Part shown: positions 43,622-53,218 of the stretch, one piece after another
Layout: the number at the start of each line of letters is the position of its first letter
Numbering within the stretch: the stretch's first letter is position 1
NCBI GenBank assembly: GCA_040753155.1
Contig: JBFMEU010000003.1
Span: 5,045-69,044, forward strand
Source: Bacillota bacterium
Lineage (GTDB): Bacteria; Bacillota; Desulfotomaculia; Desulfotomaculales; JBFMEU01
DNA length: 64,000 bases
Direction: 5' to 3'
Program-made: the position numbers and the translations under genes
Notes under the pieces: generated by a model
What the model was told of the DNA's origin: nothing
The model's input: only the letters and a program-made list of their open reading frames with translations
Database searches by the model: none

Positions 43622-43966
43622 CTATCCCGGCGGCCACTGGAGGGGCCTTCCGGCCAAAAAATGATAATGGATGTGGAAGACCAGCTGGCCGGCATCCTTG
43701 TTGCAATTGGAGACCAACCGGAAACCCTTTTCATTCAGGCCGTACCGGCGGCCGAGATCAGCGGCGGCCTTTTGCACCTGGCCCATAATTACAAGGTCAT
43801 CTTCCTGTATATCAAAAAAGGTAGGAATGTGTTTTTTCGGAATAAGAAGGAGATGTATGGGCGCAGCCGGGCGAATGTCCTTAAAGGCCAGAACACTGTC
43901 GTTTTCATAAACTATTTCGGCCGGGATCTCCCTCTTAATGATCTTGCAAAAAATACAATCCTGCAC
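43622..43966 (-). CDS. HIT-family (histidine triad) nucleotide hydrolase
   Basis: DCIFCKII...HIHYHFL triad. The likely GTG start at 43966 follows GGGAGGAGG. Confidence 0.9.
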   Translation of the reverse strand: MQDCIFCKIIKREIPAEIVYENDSVLAFKDIRPAAPIHLLLIPKKHIPTFFDIQEDDLVIMGQVQKAAADLGRRYGLNEKGFRLVSNCNKDAGQLVFHIHYHFLAGRPLQWPPG

Positions 43967-44057
43967 TGGAACACCTCCTCCCAGCTGCAAATTGACCAGG
44001 GTTCACGCATACAGCATATTCCTATTCAACATAACCTGCGTTAAATCCTGCTTAACT

Positions 44058-45368
44058 CTAAATTATTCTGCCTTCCAGGCGTTCGTCAACTTGGCGCCCG
44101 GCCAGCACATTTACCAGGGTATTGCGCAGGCTGATGTCTCCGGGAAAAATAACGCGCAGGTAATTGCCGGTGTGTCCCTCCAGCCAGCCCTTCCTTTCCC
44201 GGGCCGGCTGCTCCACCAACACCTCCAGCTGCCGGCCGACATGCCTTGAGACGTATGACCGGGCCAGCTCCCGCCCAATATTGATCAGCTCCCGGCTGCG
44301 CTCCTCCTTTTCAGCAGGGTCCACCTGGTCCGGCCAGCCGGCGGCCGGGGTGCCCCGGCGGGGGGAATATTTGAACACGTGCAGGCCGGCAAAGGCCACC
44401 TTGTTTACCAGGCGGCGGGTATTGGCAAACTGCTCCCGGGTTTCTCCGGGAAACCCCACAATAACGTCACCAGTTATAGCAATTCCGGGAATGCTGGCCC
44501 TGATCACCTGCGCCAGACGGGCAAATTCCCCGGCGGTGTAATTCCTGCCCATACGCCGTAAAACAGTGTCATCGCCGCTTTGCAAGGGTATATGCAGGTG
44601 GGGGCAGGCCACCTTGGAGCCGGACAGAATATAGATTAATTCAGGGGTGATGTCATTGGGCTCAACGGAGCTCAGACGCAGGCGCAGCAGGCCCGGCAGG
44701 GTCAACAATTGCTCCACCAACCCCGCCAATCCCGGATCACCCGGGAGGTCCCGCCCGTAGGCGCCAGTATGAATGCCGGTCAGCACAATTTCCCGGTAGC
44801 CCCGGCCCAGCAGGAAGCGGGCTTCGGCCAGCACACCTGCGGGCGGGCGGCTTCTCAGGGGCCCCCTGGCATGAGGTACAATGCAGTAGGCGCAATAGCT
44901 GTCACACCCCTCCTGAATTTTCAGAAAGGCGCGCACCCGCCCCTGCTCCACCGGCGGCGGCAACTCTTCGAACTCCCGTGCCCCGCTGATATCCCGCACC
45001 AGGACTTCAGACCCCGGCCCTTTAACGGCGGACTCCACCAAATCCACCAGATGGCCCCTGTCTCCCAAACCCACCACCAGGTCAACCTCCGGCAGGGCCG
45101 CCACCTCACCGGGAGAAGTTTGGGCATAGCACCCGGTAACCACCACCAGGGCCCCGGGATTAGTCCGGGCCGCCCGGCGGATAAGCTGGCGTGACTTGCG
45201 GTCGCCCAGGTGAGTGACCGTGCAGGTGTTGATCAGGTAAACGTCCGCCGCATCGCTGAAATCCACCACCTGATAGCCCCGCTCCCGGAACATGCCCTCC
45301 AGGGCCGCCGACTCATACTGGTTGACCTTGCAGCCCAGGGTATGCACCGCAACTTTCTTACCCCTCAT
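44058..45368 (-). CDS. mtaB: tRNA t6A37 methylthiotransferase MtaB (radical SAM, YqeV)
   Basis: N-terminal MTTase domain TLGCKVNQYES, radical-SAM motif CDSYCAYC, and a TRAM domain. Confidence 0.9.
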   Translation of the reverse strand: MRGKKVAVHTLGCKVNQYESAALEGMFRERGYQVVDFSDAADVYLINTCTVTHLGDRKSRQLIRRAARTNPGALVVVTGCYAQTSPGEVAALPEVDLVVGLGDRGHLVDLVESAVKGPGSEVLVRDISGAREFEELPPPVEQGRVRAFLKIQEGCDSYCAYCIVPHARGPLRSRPPAGVLAEARFLLGRGYREIVLTGIHTGAYGRDLPGDPGLAGLVEQLLTLPGLLRLRLSSVEPNDITPELIYILSGSKVACPHLHIPLQSGDDTVLRRMGRNYTAGEFARLAQVIRASIPGIAITGDVIVGFPGETREQFANTRRLVNKVAFAGLHVFKYSPRRGTPAAGWPDQVDPAEKEERSRELINIGRELARSYVSRHVGRQLEVLVEQPARERKGWLEGHTGNYLRVIFPGDISLRNTLVNVLAGRQVDERLEGRII

Positions 45369-46137
45369 CTTTATCCGATCCCCCCAGGTCGCCCCACAAA
45401 TACATGAGCACAGCCAGAAGCGCAGGGCCTGCGGTTTCCGTGCGCAAAATCCTGGGTCCCAGGGATACGGTCACCGCCCCCCTGGACCTGGCCAACTCCA
45501 CCTCCGCCGGCTCAAAGCCCCCTTCGGGGCCAATTAATATGTATACAACAACTTCCCCGCCCGCGACTCCCGGGCATTGTTCCAGAACCTGCCGGAGTGA
45601 GCGGACTGTTTCGCCCTCCCAGGGCATCAATACCAGGCTGCCCGGCGGCAGGCTGTCCATCACCCCGGCCCAGGGGCGGGGCGCCTCAACCCGGGGCGCC
45701 ACGGCCCGCCGGCACTGCTTGGCGGCCTCCAGGGCCACCCGCTGCCAGCGCTCCCGCCTCTCCAGGGCCTTGCGGCCCTCCAGGCGCACCACCGACCGGG
45801 CGCACTGGGCCGGCATCAGACCGGCCAGGCCCAGCTCGGTGCCCTTTTGAATAATGGCCTCCATCTTGTCCCCCTTGGGCAGGCCCTGCACCAGGATGAC
45901 CTTTAGCGGTGGCTCGCCCCCGGCCGGTTCCCGGGACAGTACCCGGCACTGCGCCCTCCCGCCGGAAAACCCGCTGATGGCGGCCTGATAAGCATTACCT
46001 TGCCCATCAAGAATCGTTATTATGTCACCCGGCCGCAGGCGCAGCACCTGCCGCAGATGCCTGACCTCCGGGCCTGCAAGCTCAATGAAGTCACCCCGGA
46101 TTTGTTCCGGGTCAACAAAAAAGCGCGCCATAGTCAA
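45358..46137 (-). CDS. rsmE: 16S rRNA m3U1498 methyltransferase RsmE
   Basis: MARFFVDPEQI.. and C-terminal IGPEGGF..E; conserved position. Confidence 0.9.
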   Translation of the reverse strand: MTMARFFVDPEQIRGDFIELAGPEVRHLRQVLRLRPGDIITILDGQGNAYQAAISGFSGGRAQCRVLSREPAGGEPPLKVILVQGLPKGDKMEAIIQKGTELGLAGLMPAQCARSVVRLEGRKALERRERWQRVALEAAKQCRRAVAPRVEAPRPWAGVMDSLPPGSLVLMPWEGETVRSLRQVLEQCPGVAGGEVVVYILIGPEGGFEPAEVELARSRGAVTVSLGPRILRTETAGPALLAVLMYLWGDLGGSDKDEG

Positions 46138-46198
46138 CCCCCGCTAAAAAGGCGCGCTAAAACCGGTTCTCCATAGGCGCGCCTGCAACTATCTTTTT

Positions 46199-46377
46199 GT
46201 TACTATTCAGGTATTCAGAATGGACCGTATAGCTCATACTTCGGAAACGCCATAGATAAACGATAAATCGCAAGTACGAACAGGTGCGCCTTCTGCCATA
46301 CCAGTAATCTTCAAACGCTTTCGCTGGTTTTCTCATTCTGACTCCTGACTTCTGACTCCTGACTCCTGAGTAGTTAC
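46199..46377 (+). mobile_element. Family C non-autonomous element C4 (retains the N-terminal part of the four-helix-bundle gene), TSD ATCTTTTT
   Basis: An 8-bp direct repeat sits at 46191-46198 and 46378-46385. On the minus strand the interior reads ATGAGAAAACCAGCGAAAGCGTTTGAAGA(-1 nt)..LLVWQKAHLFVLAIYRLSMAFPKYELYG. Confidence 0.9.
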
Positions 46378-46390
46378 ATCTTTTTTATAA

Positions 46391-47338
46391 TTAAAAACGC
46401 CAGGTTTCCTTGCCGGCCACCAGGGCCAGCCACTGGCCGTCCATACACACCTGCTCGACATCCAGCCCAGCCGCATGGATTGCCCGCCTGACCTCCCCGC
46501 CACGATTTTTTATTATGCCCGAGGCGATAAACCTGCCCCCGGGCGCCAAAACCCGGCCAACCTCCGGGACCATGGTGATAACTACATCGGCCAGGATATT
46601 GGCCACAACCAGGTCAGCCCGGCCAAAAACCATGTCCAGAAGGTTGCCCCGGGCAACTTGAACTACATCCTCCAGGCCGTTGCGGGCCACATTTTCCCGG
46701 GCCGCCTGCACCGCCAGCTCATCCAGGTCCACGGCCAGCACCCGCCGGGCTCCCAGGTGGGCGGCGGCAACGGCCAGTATGCCCGAACCCGTGCCCACAT
46801 CGCAAACCATCTCGCCACCCCGGATATACTCCTCCAGCAGGCGCAGGCACATGGAGGTGGTGGGATGGGCGCCGCAGCCAAAGGCCAGGCCGGGATCCAG
46901 GGTGATCACCAGTTCATTGGCGACGGGGCCGTACTCCTCCCAGACCGGCCGCACCACCAGACGCCGGCCCACCTTTACCGGCTTATAGTATGCCCGCCAG
47001 ACCGCATTCCAGTCCTGCCGGGCCACCTGCCTGGTTTTCAGATTATAGTCCCCGGACTGCATAATCCTCCCCAGGGCCTGCCGGATTTCCTCCAGCACCC
47101 CGGGCAGTGACCCGTCCACCGGAAAATAAGCCTTTACGGCAGGCGCAATGGCTGCCTGCTCCGGCTGCAGGGCCACGGTTTCAACCGACCCCCGATCTAT
47201 CAGGTCAGCAAGCAGGGCAGGGTCTTCCAGCACCACCCCGCCGGCGCCGGATTCGATTAAAATAATACTAACCAGATCCATACTTTGCCGGTATTCCTCA
47301 ACCGGCAAAGTTATTTCCACTTCCAGCCAGTGTTCCAT
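46391..47338 (-). CDS. prmA: ribosomal protein L11 methyltransferase
   Basis: SAM motif VCDVGTGSGILA; position after dnaJ is conserved. Confidence 0.95.
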   Translation of the reverse strand: MEHWLEVEITLPVEEYRQSMDLVSIILIESGAGGVVLEDPALLADLIDRGSVETVALQPEQAAIAPAVKAYFPVDGSLPGVLEEIRQALGRIMQSGDYNLKTRQVARQDWNAVWRAYYKPVKVGRRLVVRPVWEEYGPVANELVITLDPGLAFGCGAHPTTSMCLRLLEEYIRGGEMVCDVGTGSGILAVAAAHLGARRVLAVDLDELAVQAARENVARNGLEDVVQVARGNLLDMVFGRADLVVANILADVVITMVPEVGRVLAPGGRFIASGIIKNRGGEVRRAIHAAGLDVEQVCMDGQWLALVAGKETWRF

Positions 47339-47402
47339 TACTTCCTCCTGCGATCTCCGGCCCTGCGCTTCTTATACCTGATGCGGGAGCCAAGGTTGGT
47401 CA

Positions 47403-48518
47403 TTACCCTGTGAAGGCGTCCCGCACCTTCTCGAAAAAACCCTTTTCCACCCCGGGAACTTTTTTGTCCCCGCCGCTCTCGGCAAACTCCCGCAGCAGTT
47501 CCTTTTGGCGCTCGTTGAGCTTAACCGGAGTTACCACTTTAACCCGCACATGCTGGTCCCCGCGGCCATAGCCGCTAACGTCGGTGACACCCCGGCCCCG
47601 CAGCCTGAACACGGTACCGCTCTGGGTGCCTTCCGGCACCTTCAGGCTGATATTGCCCTCCAGGGTGGGAACTTCTATCTCATCCCCCAGCGCAGCCTGC
47701 ACAAAGGTAACGGGTATTTCGCAAATAAGGTCGTTCCCCTGCCTGGCAAAATCCTTGTGGGGACGCACATGAATATATACATAAAGGTCGCCCCGGGGTC
47801 CTCCCCGCAGGCCGGCCTCACCTTCCCCGGATACCCGCAGGCGGGTGCCGTTATCCACCCCGGCGGGAATTTTAACATCAATGCTCCGGGTGCGGCGCAC
47901 CTGGCCGCTGCCATGACACGTGGCGCAGGGTTTTTCTATAACCTTGCCCTTGCCCCGGCAGCGGTCACAGGCGCGGGACTGCACAATACGGCCAAAAGGG
48001 GTGCTCTGGGCGAACTGGACCTGGCCGGTCCCCGCGCAAGCAACACAGGATTGGGGGCTGGTCCCCGGCGCGGCGCCATTTCCGCCGCAGGTACCGCAAT
48101 TTTCGGTACGGGGCACCTTAACCTCTTTCTCCAGGCCAAACACAGCCTCCTCCAGAGTCAGCTCCAGATCCACCCGCAGGGCGGCACCCCGCTCGGGGCC
48201 GCGGCGCTGCCGCCCGGTGCTGAAAAACATTTCGAAAATATCCTCGAAACCGCCAAAATTGCCGGCGCTACCGCCAAAGCCGCCGAAGCCCTGGCCGTTG
48301 CCGGCGTGGCCGAACCTGTCGTACCGGGCCCGCTTTTCCTGGTCCACCAGCACCTCGTACGCCTCATTGATTTCTTTTATTTTAGCGTCTGCATCCTGCG
48401 AGCCGGGGTTGGCGTCCGGGTGATATTTCCGGGCCAGTTTGCGGTAAGCCTTTTTAATTTCTTCCGTACCGGCATCCCGGGAAACCCCCAGCACCTCATA
48501 GTAGTCCCGCTTCGCCAT
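47403..48518 (-). CDS. dnaJ: molecular chaperone DnaJ
   Basis: J-domain with HPD, a G/F region, and four CxxCxGxG zinc motifs. Confidence 0.97.
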   Translation of the reverse strand: MAKRDYYEVLGVSRDAGTEEIKKAYRKLARKYHPDANPGSQDADAKIKEINEAYEVLVDQEKRARYDRFGHAGNGQGFGGFGGSAGNFGGFEDIFEMFFSTGRQRRGPERGAALRVDLELTLEEAVFGLEKEVKVPRTENCGTCGGNGAAPGTSPQSCVACAGTGQVQFAQSTPFGRIVQSRACDRCRGKGKVIEKPCATCHGSGQVRRTRSIDVKIPAGVDNGTRLRVSGEGEAGLRGGPRGDLYVYIHVRPHKDFARQGNDLICEIPVTFVQAALGDEIEVPTLEGNISLKVPEGTQSGTVFRLRGRGVTDVSGYGRGDQHVRVKVVTPVKLNERQKELLREFAESGGDKKVPGVEKGFFEKVRDAFTG

Positions 48519-48548
48519 GGTCGCACCACCCCTTTAGCCTGTTCAAAA

Positions 48549-48659
48549 GTTACTATTCAGGTATTCAGAATTCAGGATTCAGAATGGACCTGTTTTCGCT
48601 GGTTTTCTCATTCTGACTTCTGACTCCTGACTTCTGACTCCTGACTTCTGAGTAGTTAC
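48549..48659 (+). mobile_element. Family C miniature element C5 (111 bp), TSD GTTCAAAA
   Basis: An 8-bp direct repeat sits at 48541-48548 and 48660-48667. Both TIRs are present, with almost no interior. Confidence 0.9.
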
Positions 48660-48804
48660 GTTCAAAACACCATTAGGAGGGCAGCCTCCGCATCTGGTGC
48701 GGCACGGCGCCCTCCTGCCGTGTTCTGGATTAATCGGTACTCAACTGTCTTGCCTGACCTCTATTTATTTTATTAAGGTTTGGCTATTCTGTCACCTATT
48801 TTTT

Positions 48805-49102
48805 ATTATTCAGTGGAACCAGTGTTAAGGCACAGCGTTATCACCGCTCACTCCAGTGCTCCGCGCCGACAACACCACGGCTTGTTTCGGACCGGACTAG
48901 CGGCGCTGCAAAGGCGGTGATAGATTTATACTGGAAGGCGCCTGCTCTCCTCAAAACACCTTGTTCTCAAACCCGTCGCCTTACTAGTCCGCTGGTTTCG
49001 CGCCGCAGTCCGGTTACCCTCACTGCGCCGGGTGCTGTTACCGGCGCTCCGCAAGTCGTTCGCTAACGATAACGCCGTGCCTCCACCTGGTTTACTGAAT
49101 GT
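48805..49102 (+). mobile_element. Family D TIR element, copy D3 (5 nt downstream of the dnaK stop)
   Basis: Aligns end to end with D1 and D2. Flanks are TA / TG. Confidence 0.85.
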
Positions 49103-49107
49103 TTACC

Positions 49108-50970
49108 CTATTTTTTATTCCCTTCATCCTTGACCTCGTAGTCGGCATCCACTACGTTGTCCTGCCGGGTGCCCTGGCCTTGATCCTGGCCATGTTCGTG
49201 GCTGCAGGTTCCGGCGCCGCAGCCGCCCCCCTGCTGCCCCGGCTGCTGGTAAATGACTGCCGAGAACTCATGCAGCAGCCTGGTGGCGGCCTCCAGTTTG
49301 GCCTTGATCATTTCGATGTCGTTGCCCTTAAGGGCCTCTTTAAGTTCATCCACCGCCTGCTGGACCTTTTGAGCCAGGGCCGGGTCAACCTTATCCTTGT
49401 TCTCGCCAAGGGTTTTCTCCGCCTGGTACACCATGCTGTCAGCCTGGTTGCGGACCTCCACCTCTTCCTTGCGCCTTTTGTCGGCCTCGGCATTTTTTTC
49501 GGCTTCCTTCACCATTTTGTCAATTTCATCGTCTTTAAGGTTGGAGCTGCCGCTTATGGTGATGCTTTGCTCCTTGCCGGTGCCCAGGTCCTTAGCCGAG
49601 ACATTGACAATGCCGTTAACGTCAATGTCAAATTTCACTTCGATTTGCGGAATACCCCGGGGCGCCGGGGCAATACCGCTCAACTGAAACCGGCCCAGGG
49701 TCTTGTTGTCCGCCGCCATGGGCCGCTCACCCTGCAGCACGTGAATGTCCACCGTGGTCTGGCCGTCCGCCGCCGTTGAAAAGATCTGGCTCTTGGATGT
49801 GGGGATGGTGGTATTGCGCTCAATGAGCACGGTATTAACACCGCCCAGGGTTTCAATGCCCAGGGAAAGGGGCGTTACGTCCAGCAGCAGGACATCCTTA
49901 ACCTCGCCGGCCAGCACGCCGGCCTGAATGGCCGCGCCCAGAGCAACACACTCATCCGGGTTAATCCCCTTATGAGGCTCTTTGCCCAGATACTTTTTAA
50001 TTGCCTCGTAAACCGCCGGGATCCTGGTGGAGCCCCCCACCAGCAGAATCCGGTCAATATCCTTGGGCTCAAGTCCGGCGTCGGCCATGGCCTGCTTGGT
50101 GGGCCCCATGGTTTTATCCACCAGATCCGAGGTCAGCTCATCAAATTTGGCCCGGGTCAGGTTAATATCCAGGTGCTTGGGCCCCTCGGCGTCCGCCGTA
50201 ATGAAGGGCAGGTTGATGTTGGTGGTATGCACGCCGCTCAGCTCGATTTTGGCCTTTTCCGCCGCTTCTTTCAGCCGCTGCATGGCCATGCGGTCCTTGC
50301 TCAGGTCAATGCCGGCATCTTTTTTAAACTCCGCCACCAGGTGATTAATCACCCGCTGGTCAAAATCGTCCCCACCCAGGCGGTTGTTGCCGCTGGTGGC
50401 CTTAACCTCAAACACGCCGTCACCCAGCTCCAGGATGGAAACGTCGAAGGTGCCGCCCCCCAGATCGAACACCAGGATGGTCTGGTCGTTGGCTTTGTCC
50501 AGGCCGTAGGCCAGAGCCGCGGCTGTGGGCTCATTGATAATCCGCAGTACCTCCAGGCCGGCAATCCGCCCGGCGTCCTTGGTGGCCTGACGCTGGGAGT
50601 CGGTGAAGTAGGCGGGTACGGTAATAACCGCTTTTTCGACCCTGGCCCCCAGGTAGGCCTCGGCGTCGGCCTTCATTTTTTGCAGGATCATGGCCGAGAT
50701 TTCCTGGGGCGTATAGTCTTTGCCGTCTATGTTAACCTTGTGGTCCGTGCCCATGTAGCGTTTGATCGACTGCACGGTACGGTCGGGGTTGCTGACCGCC
50801 TGCCGCTTGGCCACCTGGCCCACCAGGCGCTCCCCGGTTTTGGAGAAGCCGACCACCGAGGGCGTGGTGCGCCCCCCCTCGGCATTGGGAATAACCACTG
50901 CCTCACCGCCCTCCATTACCGCCACACAGGAGTTGGTTGTTCCCAGGTCAATTCCTATAACTTTAGACAC
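49108..50970 (-). CDS. dnaK: molecular chaperone DnaK
   Basis: (M)[17 protein letters not shown]... The likely GTG start at 50970 is 7 nt after GGAGGG. The ORF-track TTG at 50985 overlaps the RBS. Confidence 0.97.
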   Translation of the reverse strand: MSKVIGIDLGTTNSCVAVMEGGEAVVIPNAEGGRTTPSVVGFSKTGERLVGQVAKRQAVSNPDRTVQSIKRYMGTDHKVNIDGKDYTPQEISAMILQKMKADAEAYLGARVEKAVITVPAYFTDSQRQATKDAGRIAGLEVLRIINEPTAAALAYGLDKANDQTILVFDLGGGTFDVSILELGDGVFEVKATSGNNRLGGDDFDQRVINHLVAEFKKDAGIDLSKDRMAMQRLKEAAEKAKIELSGVHTTNINLPFITADAEGPKHLDINLTRAKFDELTSDLVDKTMGPTKQAMADAGLEPKDIDRILLVGGSTRIPAVYEAIKKYLGKEPHKGINPDECVALGAAIQAGVLAGEVKDVLLLDVTPLSLGIETLGGVNTVLIERNTTIPTSKSQIFSTAADGQTTVDIHVLQGERPMAADNKTLGRFQLSGIAPAPRGIPQIEVKFDIDVNGIVNVSAKDLGTGKEQSITISGSSNLKDDEIDKMVKEAEKNAEADKRRKEEVEVRNQADSMVYQAEKTLGENKDKVDPALAQKVQQAVDELKEALKGNDIEMIKAKLEAATRLLHEFSAVIYQQPGQQGGGCGAGTCSHEHGQDQGQGTRQDNVVDADYEVKDEGNKK

Positions 50971-51009
50971 ATCTATTCCCTCCAATTTTTTTGGTTTGTT
51001 TTCTCTTGC

Positions 51010-51582
51010 TTAACAATTACGGGCCACCTTGACCATAGCTGGCCGGATTACCTTATCCTTTAAATAATAACCCTTTTGCAATTCTTCCAGCACCGTGTTA
51101 TCCGGGTGCTCCCCGCTTTCCTGCTGCAGCATGGCCTCGTGGCAGGCCGGATCAAAAATTTCCCCCCGGGCCGGAATGGGCTTCAGCCCCTCCCGGGTAA
51201 GCACCTCCTGCAGCTGGCGGTAAATCATCCCGACACCTTCAATTACCCTGGCCGGGTCATTATCCCCGGCCGCCAGGGCCCGCTCAAAATTGTCCAATAC
51301 CGGCAGCAGGGCTACAATTATCTGCTCCGAGGCGTACTTCCACAACTCTTCCTTTTCCTTCCGGGTTCGCCGGCGATAGTTTTCAAAGTCTGCCTGGAGC
51401 CGGGCCAGGCGCCCGTATAATTCATCCGCCCTGGCCAGGGCCTCATCAACCTTCTGCCGCCACTCCTCCGGGGTCGGTTCATCTGCTGTTTCGGATGCCT
51501 CCTCCGCTGCGACGCCGGTATCCGGCTCGTTGTCAACGATATCCTGTTCGTCCCGACGCAGTTTATCATCCACTGGGATCAC
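51010..51582 (-). CDS. grpE: nucleotide exchange factor GrpE
   Basis: 190 aa. Motifs RLQADFENYRRR and a C-terminal beta-domain. Confidence 0.95.
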   Translation of the reverse strand: MIPVDDKLRRDEQDIVDNEPDTGVAAEEASETADEPTPEEWRQKVDEALARADELYGRLARLQADFENYRRRTRKEKEELWKYASEQIIVALLPVLDNFERALAAGDNDPARVIEGVGMIYRQLQEVLTREGLKPIPARGEIFDPACHEAMLQQESGEHPDNTVLEELQKGYYLKDKVIRPAMVKVARNC

Positions 51583-51629
51583 CTCACAAATAACTTATCG
51601 TTAATGCCGTTTGGACACTTGTTTTCTCA

Positions 51630-53204
51630 CTAAAAACTTTTCCCGACATGCTCCGGGGCCGGCTGAGATTTTTCTTCGCGTTTTTTAATGATGGTATCTA
51701 TCCTTAGAATGGCCTCGGCAATTTCACCCGCCGCCTTCAAAGCATATATCTTAACCGGGGCCGGGTCGACAACCCCCGCCTCCAACATATCCGCTATATT
51801 TCCGGTGTCACAGTCCACGGCCAGGCTTTCCCGCCCGGTTTCCGCCTGGGCCGAAATTACGTCGCCTATTTTCTCCAGGGGATTGAACCCGGCGTTGGCC
51901 ACAATCTGGGACATGGGCCGCTTCAGGGCCTCAATGGCACAGTCCACCCCGTAGGCCGCCATGCCCCTGATCCCGGCCCGGGTTTGCTCCACCTCCCTGA
52001 CCACCGCCAGTTCCATGGCACCGCCCCCGGGCACAATGCCGCCCCTTACCGCAGCCTGCACCGAGGCCGCCGCATCTTTGGCAATGCGCTCCCGCTCACC
52101 AACCACTTCCGCCGTGGAGGCGCCCACCAGCACTGTGGCCATGGGCTTGCCGCCGCCGTCCAGCACCCAGACCTGCTCCAGCTTCTCATCGTTGTATACC
52201 CTGTCCGCCCGGCCCAGCCAGCCCCGGATTACTTCCAGGTCCCTCTTCAGGCCGGTGCGCTTGATCATCCTGGCACCGGTGTGCTCGGCAGCCTTTTGCA
52301 GCTCCCGGTGGGCCACCCGCTGCACAACCATGATGCCGGCGTCGGTGAGCATCTCCTCGGCTGTGTCATCAACACCGCGGTCCACCAGCACCAGGGCGGC
52401 GCCCAGGTCAATAATTTTTTGCACGTTCTTCCGAAACTGTCCCTGCAACTCCATGTAGCGGTTAAAACCGGCCTCGGTGGCCAGGGCCTCTTCCTCAATT
52501 TCCTCGGGCTCCAGGGCGTCATCAATCACCAGCACCCCTGCTTTCAGTACTTCCCCGGGCATCTGGCGGTTCATGCGCTCCTTATTAATAATCACGCCCC
52601 TGAATACCAGGTTTTCGGCGCCCTCCTCGGCCAGCACGGTGTCGGAAAACTTGAAGGACTGCTCAATCAGCTTTTCCCTGCCAATCAGCCGGGCCGCCTC
52701 AACCACCAGATCAGCTATATCATGGTGCTCACGCCCGGCCACCAGGGCCACCTGGCGCAGTACCGGATCAGTCATGTCCTCAACTGGGCGGGTCTTGGCC
52801 CGAATAACCTCCAGACCTCGCTGCACCCCCGCCTTAAGGCCCTCGATGACTCTGGCCACCGGCACCCCCCGGGCCACCTGCTCCACCCCGGCGCTCACCA
52901 TGGCCCCGGCCATAACGGTAGCCGTGGTGGTTCCATCGCCAATTTCATCCTGCTGGGCCCGGGCAACGTTAATCAGCATTTTGGCCGCCGGGTGGTTGGC
53001 CTCCATCATGGTCAGAATGGTAACCCCGTCATTGGTGATCACAACTTCACCAAACCGGTCCACCAGCATGGTATCCAGGCCCTTGGGCCCCAAAGTCCCC
53101 TCCACGGCGGCGGAAACCGCCCGGACGGCATTGGCGTTGGTCACCAGGGCCGCCATTTTCTCGTCGATATCAGCGCCGGCGCCGGTCTGCTGCTTCAGGC
53201 TCAA
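51630..53204 (-). CDS. thermosome-like (archaeal-type, group II/III) chaperonin, Cpn60/TCP-1 family
   Basis: 524 aa. Motifs GPKGLDTMLV, ITNDGVTIL, HPAAKMLINVARAQQDEIGDGTTTATVMAG and VPGGGAMELAV match thermosome/CCT signatures rather than GroEL. Confidence 0.9.
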   Translation of the reverse strand: MSLKQQTGAGADIDEKMAALVTNANAVRAVSAAVEGTLGPKGLDTMLVDRFGEVVITNDGVTILTMMEANHPAAKMLINVARAQQDEIGDGTTTATVMAGAMVSAGVEQVARGVPVARVIEGLKAGVQRGLEVIRAKTRPVEDMTDPVLRQVALVAGREHHDIADLVVEAARLIGREKLIEQSFKFSDTVLAEEGAENLVFRGVIINKERMNRQMPGEVLKAGVLVIDDALEPEEIEEEALATEAGFNRYMELQGQFRKNVQKIIDLGAALVLVDRGVDDTAEEMLTDAGIMVVQRVAHRELQKAAEHTGARMIKRTGLKRDLEVIRGWLGRADRVYNDEKLEQVWVLDGGGKPMATVLVGASTAEVVGERERIAKDAAASVQAAVRGGIVPGGGAMELAVVREVEQTRAGIRGMAAYGVDCAIEALKRPMSQIVANAGFNPLEKIGDVISAQAETGRESLAVDCDTGNIADMLEAGVVDPAPVKIYALKAAGEIAEAILRIDTIIKKREEKSQPAPEHVGKSF

Positions 53205-53218
53205 ATCTCATATCCTCC

